NCBI GenBank assembly: GCA_039191905.1
Contig: JBCCXJ010000003.1
Span: 139,754-203,753 of the forward strand
Direction: 5' to 3'
Source of the DNA: Bacteroidota bacterium
GTDB taxonomy: Bacteria > Bacteroidota > Bacteroidia > Flavobacteriales > Flavobacteriaceae
DNA length: 64,000 nucleotides
Shown here one piece after another: positions 21,072 to 30,525 of the stretch. A program made the translations under genes and the position numbers. The stretch's first letter is position 1. The number at the start of each line of letters is the position of its first letter. Under the pieces are notes generated by a model. It did not search any database and had not been told where the DNA came from. It worked only from the letters and a program-made list of their open reading frames with translations.

Positions 21072-22355
21072 TCAATCCAAAACCTTAGTCATTTTGGCCT
21101 TAATTTCCTCTAAACACAAATTCCCCAAACTCCCCTCATGCGAATGCTCAATATCCTTTTTGGGTTTAAAATTCCCATTCTCTATGGCCTTACCCATGCT
21201 TTTGTAAGCATCCCTAAAGGGAACGCCATTTTTCACCATTTCATTAAGAGTGTCTACACTAAAGAGATAGTCGTATTTGGCGTCATCCAGTATATTGGTT
21301 TTTATTTTGATTTCCCTTAGGCTAAATGTCATCATTTCCAAGCAGGCTTTCATATCCTGAATGCTAGGTACAATGACTTCCTTGACCAATTGCAAATCCC
21401 TATGATATCCGCTAGGTAGGTTGGCCATAATCATACTCAACTGGCTGGGAATAGATTGTAGTTTATTGCACTTACCACGAATCAACTCAAACACATCTGG
21501 ATTTTTCTTGTGTGGCATAATGCTGCTTCCCGTGGTGAGTCCATTGGGGAAGGAAATAAAGTCAAAATTTTGACTCATGTACAGGCAGATATCCATAGCT
21601 AGTTTTCCTAAAGTTGAGGCTACACTGGCAATTCCAAATGCTGTAGCCCGTTCTGCTTTTCCTCTGCCCATTTGGGCGGCCACTACATTGTATTTAAGGG
21701 TTTCAAATTTCAAAGCCTCAGAAGTAAAACTTCGGTCAATTGGAAAGGAGCTTCCATAGCCTGCAGCACTCCCCAAAGGATTTTGGTCCGCTACTTTGTA
21801 GGCTGCTTGGATAAAGTAGAGGTCGTCCACCAAACTTTCGGCATAGGCTGAGAACCATAGTCCAAAGGAGGAGGGCATAGCAATCTGTAGATGGGTGTAT
21901 CCAGGTAGTAATACCTTTTGGTGCTTATCGGCCAATTTCAATAATAGATCAAACAAGGTTTTTACTTGTGACCTAATTTCAGTGAGTTCGTCTTTGAGAT
22001 AGAGTTGTGTAGCCACCAAAACCTGGTCATTTCGGGAGCGTGCGGTATGGATTTTTTTGCCTACATCCCCCAACTTTTCAATCAATAGATATTCAATCTT
22101 CGAATGCATGTCCTCAAAGTCATCTTCTATGGTAAAGTTTCCTTTTTCAATGGATTTGCCAATGACATCCAATTCTTTCACTAAACTTTTAGCTTCGTCT
22201 TCACCAATAAGGTCAACTTTGCCTAACATTTGGGCGTGTGCCCTGGATGCCATCACATCGTATTTGGCCAGTACCAAATCCAGTTGGCGATCATTGCCCA
22301 CGGTAAAATGGTCTATTTTCTTTTCGGTACTGAATCCTTTATCCCAAAGTTTCAT
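21072..22355 (-). CDS. argH: Argininosuccinate lyase
   Basis: HTARSRNDQ, PGYTHLQ, GSSIMPHKKNPD. Confidence 0.97.
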   Translation of the reverse strand: MKLWDKGFSTEKKIDHFTVGNDRQLDLVLAKYDVMASRAHAQMLGKVDLIGEDEAKSLVKELDVIGKSIEKGNFTIEDDFEDMHSKIEYLLIEKLGDVGKKIHTARSRNDQVLVATQLYLKDELTEIRSQVKTLFDLLLKLADKHQKVLLPGYTHLQIAMPSSFGLWFSAYAESLVDDLYFIQAAYKVADQNPLGSAAGYGSSFPIDRSFTSEALKFETLKYNVVAAQMGRGKAERATAFGIASVASTLGKLAMDICLYMSQNFDFISFPNGLTTGSSIMPHKKNPDVFELIRGKCNKLQSIPSQLSMIMANLPSGYHRDLQLVKEVIVPSIQDMKACLEMMTFSLREIKIKTNILDDAKYDYLFSVDTLNEMVKNGVPFRDAYKSMGKAIENGNFKPKKDIEHSHEGSLGNLCLEEIKAKMTKVLD

Positions 22356-22762
22356 GGTGTTTCTCTTTTAGTATTCATCAAATTGGTTAAAACCTGCATA
22401 GCAGCTTGTGCTTCCTTTTGTGCCACAAAAATATGGTCGTGATAATATGCGGCTACAACATTGCAAGATATATCTGCTTGAGCCAAAGCAGTGGAAATAG
22501 CGGCAGTCAAACCCACAGCTTCCAAAGAAGAATGTACATTCAATGTAATCCAGGAAGCCACATAGTCGTAGTCCAAATGTAGCGCATCTGCTTTTTTTTG
22601 CGATAGAATGAATGTGGTACCCTCTTCCTCAATAAAACTGGCAATGATTTCCTCCAAGTCGAAGGGCACGGAACGTTCGATAGAAACAAACACGTATTCC
22701 CCTGAATGGAGTACGGGTTCCATTTCGTTTAGCAAATGTGTTAGTTCTGTTTTTCCAGACAT
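22352..22762 (-). CDS. ACT-domain protein (DUF2241/CASTOR-like)
   Basis: EEEGTT, WITLNVHSSLEAVGLTAA, CNVVAAYYHDHIFV; ATGA overlap with argH. Confidence 0.85.
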   Translation of the reverse strand: MSGKTELTHLLNEMEPVLHSGEYVFVSIERSVPFDLEEIIASFIEEEGTTFILSQKKADALHLDYDYVASWITLNVHSSLEAVGLTAAISTALAQADISCNVVAAYYHDHIFVAQKEAQAAMQVLTNLMNTKRETP

Positions 22763-22772
22763 CTTTCTTCTC

Positions 22773-23846
22773 TTATGCCGTGATAAATCCGTTCAAAATT
22801 TTAATATACAAATCAATACCTTCTTCAATTTCATGGACAAAAATGTATTCATCTGCCGAATGGGAACGGGTACTGTCGCCGGGTCCCAACTTTAGTGATT
22901 GGCAACTTAGGGCCGCTTGGTCCGATAGGGTAGGTGAACCATAGGTTTTTCTTCCCAAAGCCAAACCGCTTTGTACTAAATCGTGATTTGGGTCAATGGC
23001 CGAGGAATTTAAACGCAAGGAACGCGGTGTCATTTTGCATGGCGCTTCTGCTTGTAAAAGTTCGGCAATTTCGGCATTGGAGTAGCAGTCGTTTACGCGA
23101 ACGTCCACCACCATATCCACATGGGCGGGTACTACATTATGTTGCTTGCCAGCATTAATTTGCGTTACAGTCATTTTCACTTCTCCTAAAGCTTCCGAGG
23201 CCTTTTCAAAACGGTAATTCTTGAACCACTCTAGTACGTTGATGGTGTTATAAATGGAATTATTGTTGTTAGAATGGGCCGCATGGGAAGGTGTTCCTTC
23301 TACTACGACATCAAAAACAATAAGTCCCTTTTCAGCAACAGCCAAGTCCATTAAGGTAGGTTCTCCCACTATAGCCACATCAATTTTGGGCAGATTAGGC
23401 AATAGGGAAAGCAAGCTGTTTGGACCCGCGCTTTCTTCCTCCGCCGTTGCGGCCATAATAATATTATGGTTTAGGTCTTCCCTATGATAAAAATGGGCAA
23501 AAGTGGCCAAAAGGGAAACCAGACATCCACCAGCGTCATTACTGCCCAATCCATAGAGTTTTCCGTCTTCTACATGAGCATGAAACGGATCTTTGGTATA
23601 GGCGGTATTCGGTTTTACGGTATCGTGATGTGAATTCAACAAAAGGGTGGGTTTGGAAGCATCAAAATGCTGATTGAAAGCAAATACATTGTTCATTTGC
23701 CTTTGAGTTTCAATACTAAAATCTTGCAACCAATTTTGAATGCTATCCGCCGTTTTATCCTCTTCACTGGAAAAGGATTGCGTAGAAATCAATTCCTTTA
23801 ATAAGGCAATGGCCTTATTCGTCAATGTTTTTTGATTGTGACTCAT
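22773..23846 (-). CDS. argE: N-acyl-ornithine/citrulline deacylase (M20, ArgE-like)
   Basis: LNSHHDTV, GLGSNDAG, EEE, GEPT, HAAH, SHSADE. Start ATG 23846 overlaps the argB stop (ATGA). Confidence 0.9.
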   Translation of the reverse strand: MSHNQKTLTNKAIALLKELISTQSFSSEEDKTADSIQNWLQDFSIETQRQMNNVFAFNQHFDASKPTLLLNSHHDTVKPNTAYTKDPFHAHVEDGKLYGLGSNDAGGCLVSLLATFAHFYHREDLNHNIIMAATAEEESAGPNSLLSLLPNLPKIDVAIVGEPTLMDLAVAEKGLIVFDVVVEGTPSHAAHSNNNNSIYNTINVLEWFKNYRFEKASEALGEVKMTVTQINAGKQHNVVPAHVDMVVDVRVNDCYSNAEIAELLQAEAPCKMTPRSLRLNSSAIDPNHDLVQSGLALGRKTYGSPTLSDQAALSCQSLKLGPGDSTRSHSADEYIFVHEIEEGIDLYIKILNGFITA

Positions 23847-24643
23847 AATGTTAAACGAGTATATTTTGATGTGGAATCGGACAACATATTTTCGTTGCCA
23901 ATACATACTTGATGAACGTTGTTTTTCAGGGCATAAAAGCAATTGTGCATTTTTGGCAGCATACCATCAGCAATAATACTCTTTTCCAATAATTCCTGAT
24001 AGCTTTCTGAGTTAATGTGTTCAATAACTGAATCATCATCGGATACCTCGCGCAACACTCCTTTTTTCTCAAAACAATAATATAAAGTGGTCTCATAGTT
24101 TGAAGAAAGACCCACAGCCAATTCCGCAGCAATGGTATCGGCATTGGTATTGAACAATTGGCCTTCTCCGTCGTGCGTCAAGGCGCAAAAAATAGGAGTG
24201 AATCCTGCTTCCAAAAGTTTGGATATGTTTTCTGCATGTACACCATCTACATCCCCCACAAAACCAAAATCGATATCCTTTATAGGTCTTTTGTGTGCAT
24301 GTATGGCATTACCATCAGCACCGCTCATTCCAATGGCGTTGGTTCCCATGCTTTGAAGCTCGGCCACGATATTTTTGCTGACAAGACCGCCATAGACCAT
24401 TACTGCGACTTCCAAACTATCAGCATCTGTGATGCGCCTTCCATTGGTCATTTGTGCTTTAATCCCCAGTCGGCTGCCCAGTTCCGTCGCTTTTTTTCCA
24501 CCTCCATGAACTAAGATAGTATGGTTTTCCATTTTAGAAAACAACTCCAAAACTTGGGTCAAGGAGCCTGAATCCCCAATGACATTCCCACCAATTTTTA
24601 CTATGGACAGTTTTTGCTTCACTTCATTTTTTCTTTTTGTCAT
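23843..24643 (-). CDS. argB: N-acylglutamate kinase
   Basis: KIGG, VHGGG, GRRIT, NTNAD, GMLPK. The true start may be GTG 24622, because ATG 24643 lies in the end of a repeat element. Confidence 0.95.
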   Translation of the reverse strand: MTKRKNEVKQKLSIVKIGGNVIGDSGSLTQVLELFSKMENHTILVHGGGKKATELGSRLGIKAQMTNGRRITDADSLEVAVMVYGGLVSKNIVAELQSMGTNAIGMSGADGNAIHAHKRPIKDIDFGFVGDVDGVHAENISKLLEAGFTPIFCALTHDGEGQLFNTNADTIAAELAVGLSSNYETTLYYCFEKKGVLREVSDDDSVIEHINSESYQELLEKSIIADGMLPKMHNCFYALKNNVHQVCIGNENMLSDSTSKYTRLTL

Positions 24644-24709
24644 TTCGAATCCTTTAGGATGAGAAATCTAGACATCTCTCCTTCGACTTCGCTCAGGAAT
24701 CGTTATGAC
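24639..24709. repeat. REP-like short palindromic element
   Basis: GTCAT...ATGAC terminal inverted repeats with internal GAGAAATCT and CTTCGACTTCGCTCAGG, resembling Flavobacteriia intergenic repeats. Confidence 0.6.
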
Positions 24710-25650
24710 TATTTCATATTTTCCAATATCTTTTTCAATACAATTTGCGCCGAATAGGTCCGATTATTGGCCTGCTGAATCACCAAGCTTTGCCCACCAT
24801 CCAATACGGCATCTTCCACCACCACATTTCTTCGCACCGGAAGGCAGTGCATGAATTTTGCATTACCTAATTTTTCCTTTGTCATCATCCAACTATAATC
24901 TTTGGAAAGCACTTGGCCATAATCTGCATAGCTGCTCCAATTCTTTACGTAAATAAAGTCGGCATTTTCTAAGGCCTTTTCCTGGTCGGTTTCAATTTTA
25001 CAACCTTCGGTAATCTCGGGATTGAGTTCGTAACCTTCAGGATGAGTAATTATAAAGTCTACCTCTTGGTTTTTCATCAGGGTTACAAACGAATTGGCTA
25101 CAGCATGTGGTAACGCCTTAGGGTGTGGCGCCCATGACAAAACCACCTTGGGTTTGTGCTTTTCTTTATTTTCTTCAAGAGTTATAGCATCTGCCAAGGC
25201 CTGTAAGGGATGCGCAGTAGAGCTTTCCATATTCACAATGGGAATTGAAGCAAATTTGGCAAACCCATTCAAAACTTCCTCTGCTTCATCCTTTGCTTTG
25301 TCCTTTAATCCTGCAAAAGCCCGGATGGCAACAATATCTGCGTATTGTGAAACCACCTGAGCGGCCTCTCGAATGTGTTCCGAAGTGCCTTGGTCCATGA
25401 TAGTCCCATCTTTATACTCTAATGCCCACCCTTCATTTCCAAAGTTCATAATCATAACTTCCATCCCTAACAGCGTAGCTGCTTTTTGTGTACTCAAACG
25501 GGTACGTAGACTATTATTGAAAAATAACAAACAAATGGTTTTGCCCTGTCCCATGTTTTTAAATTGATACGGGTCTTTTTTTAATGCAATGGCTTCGTCT
25601 ACCCATTCGGGCAGAGAATCGATGTCTTGTAAAGAGAGAAAATGTTTCAT
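24709..25650 (-). CDS. argF: N-succinyl(/acetyl)-ornithine carbamoyltransferase (ArgF')
   Basis: SLRT (not STRT), HPLQ, SWAPHP, KNW, HCLPVRR; GTIMDQGTSEH loop. Confidence 0.93.
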   Translation of the reverse strand: MKHFLSLQDIDSLPEWVDEAIALKKDPYQFKNMGQGKTICLLFFNNSLRTRLSTQKAATLLGMEVMIMNFGNEGWALEYKDGTIMDQGTSEHIREAAQVVSQYADIVAIRAFAGLKDKAKDEAEEVLNGFAKFASIPIVNMESSTAHPLQALADAITLEENKEKHKPKVVLSWAPHPKALPHAVANSFVTLMKNQEVDFIITHPEGYELNPEITEGCKIETDQEKALENADFIYVKNWSSYADYGQVLSKDYSWMMTKEKLGNAKFMHCLPVRRNVVVEDAVLDGGQSLVIQQANNRTYSAQIVLKKILENMK

Positions 25651-26774
25651 GAAAGTTCTTTGTTTAAAGCTTCAAAGAATTGGTCAATATGGTCTTTGGA
25701 AATGTTCAAAGCAGGCAAGATGCGCAACAGTTTTTTGTTCTTGGAACCGCCAGTGAAGAAGTGTTGGTTGTGAATCAACCTTTTACGTAGGTCAGCGACT
25801 TCAAAATCAAATTCTAGCCCCAGCATCAATCCTCTACCTTTACTGTTTTTCACCTGTGGGATTTTTGTTGCTTCTTGTTTAAAATACACGCCTAAGTTTT
25901 TGGCATTTTCAATCAAGTTTTCTTGCTCCAATACTTCCAATACGGCCAAGGTGGCAACGCATGCCAAGTGATTGCCACCAAATGTGGTGCCCAACAAACC
26001 ATAAGATGCCCCTATGGATTCATGGATTAAGATTCCGCCCACTGGAAATCCGTTGCCCATTCCTTTGGCAATTGAAATGATATCGGGTTGGATTCCATGA
26101 TGCTGAAATGCAAAGAAAGCACCACTACGTCCAAATCCAGATTGTACTTCATCAGCAATAAGTACCACACCGTTTTCTTTGCATTTTTTGGCAATAAACT
26201 GATAGAATTCCGTAGTAGGTTCATCCAATCCACCCACACCTTGAATAGCCTCCAAAATAACGGCACAATAACTGTCGGATTGGATAGCCTTTTCAAAAGC
26301 TTCAAAATCGTTCAAAGGCAAAAAAGTGACCTGTTGTTGTTTGTTGATTGGCGCATTAATAGCAGGATTGTCCGTGGTGGCTACAGCGGCCGATGTCCTA
26401 CCATGAAACCCATTGGAAAATGAAATTACTTTTGATTTTCCGGTATGAAAGGAAGCCAATTTTAAGGCATTTTCATTGGCTTCGGCTCCTGAGTTGCACA
26501 AAAACAGATTATAATCCTCACAACCCGAAAGCTTGCCCAAAAGGTCTACAAGTTCCTGCTGCAACGGATTTCGTACGGAATTGCTATAAAAAGCGATTTT
26601 TTCCAGCTGCGTTTTAATTCGATTCACATAATGCGGATGCGAATGACCAATTGAGATGACCGCATGACCTCCATAAAAATCCAGATAGGTCTTTCCGTGG
26701 TCGTCCTTTACCTCAATTCCTTTTGCGGAAACCGGAGCAACATCGTATAATGGATATACATCGAACAATTCCAT
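25647..26774 (-). CDS. argD: N-acylornithine aminotransferase
   Basis: DFYGG, NSGAEANE, FHGRT, DEVQSG, AKG, TTFGG. Confidence 0.95.
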   Translation of the reverse strand: MELFDVYPLYDVAPVSAKGIEVKDDHGKTYLDFYGGHAVISIGHSHPHYVNRIKTQLEKIAFYSNSVRNPLQQELVDLLGKLSGCEDYNLFLCNSGAEANENALKLASFHTGKSKVISFSNGFHGRTSAAVATTDNPAINAPINKQQQVTFLPLNDFEAFEKAIQSDSYCAVILEAIQGVGGLDEPTTEFYQFIAKKCKENGVVLIADEVQSGFGRSGAFFAFQHHGIQPDIISIAKGMGNGFPVGGILIHESIGASYGLLGTTFGGNHLACVATLAVLEVLEQENLIENAKNLGVYFKQEATKIPQVKNSKGRGLMLGLEFDFEVADLRKRLIHNQHFFTGGSKNKKLLRILPALNISKDHIDQFFEALNKELS

Positions 26775-26775
26775 A

Positions 26776-27570
26776 CTATCCTTTTCTGATTTGACTTATT
26801 TTTTCAAACGAGGTGACAATTCCGCGAATCAATGATGAGCTTAGCCCTTGATGCTCCATTTCGTTCAAACCTTCAATGGTGCAGCCTTTTGGTGTGGTTA
26901 CCCGGTCAATTTCTTCTTCAGGGTGAGTCCCTGATTCAATCAATAGATTAGCTGCTCCATTGCAGGTATGCATGGCCAATTCCTGGGCTTCTTTAGCATC
27001 AAAACCCAATTGAATGGCGCCTTGGGTTGTGGCTCGGATTAGTCGCATCCAAAAGGCAATCCCACTGGCACAAATAACCGTAGCTGCCTGCATTTGTTCT
27101 TCTGGGATTTCCAAGGAATGTCCCATTCTATTGAAAATAGCCTTGGCCAAATCGATTCGTTTTTTGCCCAAAACATTGCTACATAAGCAGGTCATGGAAT
27201 TACTAACAGAAATTGCTGTATTGGGCATACTTCGGATGATATATTTATCCGAACCAATAGTATCCTGCATTTTGGCAATACTGAAACCTGTAATTGTGCT
27301 GATAACCACATGTTTTTCTGTGAGCAAATCCTTGACTTGTTCCAATATGGATTGAAAATGACCTGGTTGAACGGCAAAAATCAAAATATCAGAATGTTGT
27401 ACTGCTTTACGATTGTCTGAAGTCACGGTTACATTCCCGTATTTTTCAAAATCTTTGATTTCATCCAAATTCCTTTTGGTTAAGTACATGGTTGTAGCAC
27501 CATTACTATGCAACACTCCTTTGGCTATGGATAAACCTAAATTTCCTGCTCCTATTATTGCTATTTTCAT
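26776..27570 (-). CDS. proC: Pyrroline-5-carboxylate reductase
   Basis: GAGNLG, RSMPNT, VTTPKGCT. Confidence 0.95.
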   Translation of the reverse strand: MKIAIIGAGNLGLSIAKGVLHSNGATTMYLTKRNLDEIKDFEKYGNVTVTSDNRKAVQHSDILIFAVQPGHFQSILEQVKDLLTEKHVVISTITGFSIAKMQDTIGSDKYIIRSMPNTAISVSNSMTCLCSNVLGKKRIDLAKAIFNRMGHSLEIPEEQMQAATVICASGIAFWMRLIRATTQGAIQLGFDAKEAQELAMHTCNGAANLLIESGTHPEEEIDRVTTPKGCTIEGLNEMEHQGLSSSLIRGIVTSFEKISQIRKG

Positions 27571-27580
27571 TTGTATTTTT

Positions 27581-28555
27581 TTAAAAAACTCCTGCTTTCA
27601 GTTGTAATCCCAAATCCTCTTTCAATCCAAACATTAAGTTCATGTTTTGAACGGCTTGTCCTGAAGCACCCTTCAACAAGTTATCAATGGCTGAGGTGAT
27701 TAATAGAACATCTTCATGTTGGTGTAAATGAATATGACATTGATTGGTGTTCACTACCTGTTTTAAATGGATGGGTTCATCAGTTACATGCGTGAACAAA
27801 GCTTCTTGATAAAATTCCTGGAACTTTGACTTTACTTCTTCCAAGCGGCCTTCATATGCTGTGTAGGCCGTAGCCAAAATGCCTCGGGTAAAGTTGCCAC
27901 GGTTGGGCAAGAACCACAATTTGCCAATTGTATTCCCATAAGAGTTTAAGCTTTCTCCAATTTCGCCCAAATGTTGATGAGTAAAGGGTTTGTACCAAGA
28001 GATGTTATTGTTTCTCCAGCTAAAATGGGAGGTGGGAGATAGGCCAACTCCTGCTCCGGTACTCCCGGTCATTGCATTGATATGGACTTCTTGGGATAGT
28101 GTATCTTCTTTAGCCAATGGCAGTAAAGCAAGTTGGATAGCTGTGGCAAAACAGCCTGGATTGGCAATATGATTAGCTTTGACAATGGCCTCTTTTTGTA
28201 ACTCAGGTAAACCGTACACAAACTGGTTACCTTGAAATTTGGCATCATTTTCCAGCCGGAATTCGTTGCTGAGATCAATGATCTTGGTTTGGGCGCTAAA
28301 TTCGTTTTCGGTTAAAAATTTAGAAGAATTCCCATGACCCAGACAAAGAAAGACCACATCAACTTTGGGGTTGGATTCACCTGTAAATTCAAGTTCAGTT
28401 ACCCCCAACAAGTCTGGATGTGCTCTAGCAATAGGTTTTCCTGCTCGTGTTGTGCTAAAGACGAAATCAATTTCGACTTCAGGATGGTTGAGCAGTATTC
28501 GTATCAGCTCTCCACCGGTATATCCGGAACCTCCAATTATTCCTGCTTTGATCAT
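27581..28555 (-). CDS. argC: N-acyl-gamma-glutamyl-phosphate reductase
   Basis: GGSGYTG, YGLPE, NPGCFAT, DNLLKGASGQA. Confidence 0.97.
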   Translation of the reverse strand: MIKAGIIGGSGYTGGELIRILLNHPEVEIDFVFSTTRAGKPIARAHPDLLGVTELEFTGESNPKVDVVFLCLGHGNSSKFLTENEFSAQTKIIDLSNEFRLENDAKFQGNQFVYGLPELQKEAIVKANHIANPGCFATAIQLALLPLAKEDTLSQEVHINAMTGSTGAGVGLSPTSHFSWRNNNISWYKPFTHQHLGEIGESLNSYGNTIGKLWFLPNRGNFTRGILATAYTAYEGRLEEVKSKFQEFYQEALFTHVTDEPIHLKQVVNTNQCHIHLHQHEDVLLITSAIDNLLKGASGQAVQNMNLMFGLKEDLGLQLKAGVF

Positions 28556-28570
28556 TTTTTACTCTTTTTC

Positions 28571-28632
28571 ATCATGCTGAATTTAGTTCAGCATCTCATT
28601 AGAGCGAGACCCTGAAACCGGTTCAGGGTGAC
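28571..28632. repeat. REP-like double-hairpin element
   Basis: ATGCTGAA-tttag-TTCAGCAT and ACCCTGAA-accgg-TTCAGGGT-GAC: two related hairpins with a CTGAA/TTCAG core. Confidence 0.75.
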
Positions 28633-28634
28633 GT

Positions 28635-29825
28635 TTATTCAATGTTTTTGTTTACGTGATTTGCTATTTTTCCTGGGTTGGACAGGATTTTGATGAATCC
28701 CTTCGCATCGTCTGCAGTCCAACCTTTGTTCATTTCACCATAGCTGCCAAAAGAAGCATTCATCAAATCGTGCGTAGAATTGATTCCATTCAACTCAAAT
28801 CGGTAGGGATGTAAAGTAACCAGAACATCACCAGATACATTTTTCTGGGTATCGGCCAAAAAGGCTTCTATATTTCGCATGACTTCATCCAAGTAGTTCC
28901 CTTCGTGTAACAACATGCCATAAAAGTTGCCCAGTTGTTCCTTTTGGTATTGTTGCCATTTGCTCAAAGTGTGCTTTTCAAGAAGGTGATGCGCCTTGAT
29001 AATAATCAATGGAGCCGCAGCTTCAAAACCTACTCGGCCTTTTATACCAATAATGGTATCGCCTACATGAATGTCACGCCCAATGGCATATTTAGAAGCG
29101 ATTTCCGATAATTTCTCAATATTCTCAACAGGGCTTGCCTTTTCTCCATCCACAGCAACAAGTTCCCCTTTGTCAAAAGTCAATTTTAAGACTTTGGAAA
29201 TCTCTTTTTCCAACTGGCTAGGATAAGCTTCACCTGGAAGTGATAAATGGGAAGTTAGGGTTTCGTCTCCTCCCACGGAGGTTCCCCAAAGGCCCTTGTT
29301 GATGGAATATTTTGCTTTTTCCCAAGAATACTCCACGCCATTTTGTTGTAGATATTCTATTTCGGATTCTCTGGACAATTTGTTGTCTCGAATTGGGGTG
29401 ATAATTTCAATTTCTGGAGCGATAATTTGGAAAATCATATCGAAACGCACCTGGTCATTCCCTGCCCCTGTACTTCCATGTGCGATATATGCTGCTCCAA
29501 TTTTTCGAGCATGATGTACAATCTCAATAGCTTGTATAATTCGCTCCGCACTTACAGAAAGGGGGTAGGTATTGTTCCGCAAAACATTTCCAAAGATGAG
29601 GTATTTGACCACCTTCTCATAAAAAGTAGCAATGGCATCAATGGGGGTATACGATATAGCTCCAAGCTGCAAGGCTTTTTTTTCGATTTCTTGAATTTCC
29701 GTTTTTGAGAATCCTCCTGTGTTTACACTAACGGCATGTACTTCAAAGTTCTGTTCTTTGGACAGGTATTTGGCGCAATATGAAGTATCAAGTCCGCCAC
29801 TGTAGGCCAGTACTAATTTTTTCAT
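28635..29825 (-). CDS. argG: Argininosuccinate synthase
   Basis: LAYSGGLDTS, HGSTGAGNDQVRF, GIKGRVGFEA. Confidence 0.97.
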   Translation of the reverse strand: MKKLVLAYSGGLDTSYCAKYLSKEQNFEVHAVSVNTGGFSKTEIQEIEKKALQLGAISYTPIDAIATFYEKVVKYLIFGNVLRNNTYPLSVSAERIIQAIEIVHHARKIGAAYIAHGSTGAGNDQVRFDMIFQIIAPEIEIITPIRDNKLSRESEIEYLQQNGVEYSWEKAKYSINKGLWGTSVGGDETLTSHLSLPGEAYPSQLEKEISKVLKLTFDKGELVAVDGEKASPVENIEKLSEIASKYAIGRDIHVGDTIIGIKGRVGFEAAAPLIIIKAHHLLEKHTLSKWQQYQKEQLGNFYGMLLHEGNYLDEVMRNIEAFLADTQKNVSGDVLVTLHPYRFELNGINSTHDLMNASFGSYGEMNKGWTADDAKGFIKILSNPGKIANHVNKNIE

Positions 29826-30436
29826 TTGGTTTTATTTTTAAGGGAAAGCGTCTGTTTAATTTCTTTTAATCGTTGCAATGCTTTTCCATTAACTCTTTTA
29901 GTGTTGTTTTTTGCATCATTTGGGTCGTGCAACATTCCTGTGCACAAGCACATTTTTCTTTCTGTTCTCGTGAGAATATCAAAATTCTTACAAGTCTGGC
30001 AGCCCTTCCAGAATTCAGGATCATCTGTAAGTTCAGAGAAAGTAACGGGTTTGTAACCCAATTCATAATTCATCTTCATCACCGCCAGACCCGTGGTTAT
30101 ACCAAATATTTTCGCATTTGGAAATTTCTTTTTGGAGAGATCAAAAACCGCTTTTTTGATTTTCTTGGCTAATCCTTGATTCCTGTAATTCGGATGTACT
30201 ATAAGGCCGGAATTGGCAACAAAATCTTTATTGCCCCACACTTCTATATAACAGAAACCAGCAAAATCATCCCCATCCAAAGCAATTACAGCATTCCCAT
30301 TTTGAAGACGCTGAATGATGTACTCAGGCGTACGTCTGGCAATACCGGTACCACGAACCTTCGCGGATTCGGTAATGGTGTCGCTGATAATCTGTGCGTA
30401 TTTAAAATGTGACTCGTTAGCAATTACAATTTCCAT
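29822..30436 (-). CDS. argA: Short GNAT N-acylglutamate synthase (Bacteroidota/Xanthomonas ArgA type)
   Basis: SAKVRGTGIARR, GFCYIE, ANSGLIV, FWKGCQTC, CLCTGM; first gene of the arg operon. ATG at 30436. Confidence 0.85.
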   Translation of the reverse strand: MEIVIANESHFKYAQIISDTITESAKVRGTGIARRTPEYIIQRLQNGNAVIALDGDDFAGFCYIEVWGNKDFVANSGLIVHPNYRNQGLAKKIKKAVFDLSKKKFPNAKIFGITTGLAVMKMNYELGYKPVTFSELTDDPEFWKGCQTCKNFDILTRTERKMCLCTGMLHDPNDAKNNTKRVNGKALQRLKEIKQTLSLKNKTK

Positions 30437-30525
30437 TGCCAATTCGATTTAAACTAGAATTTGAACTAAATATTTGTTGATTTTGCGGAAATGGACTCAC
30501 CTATTTCCATAACTAGAGTGCACCC

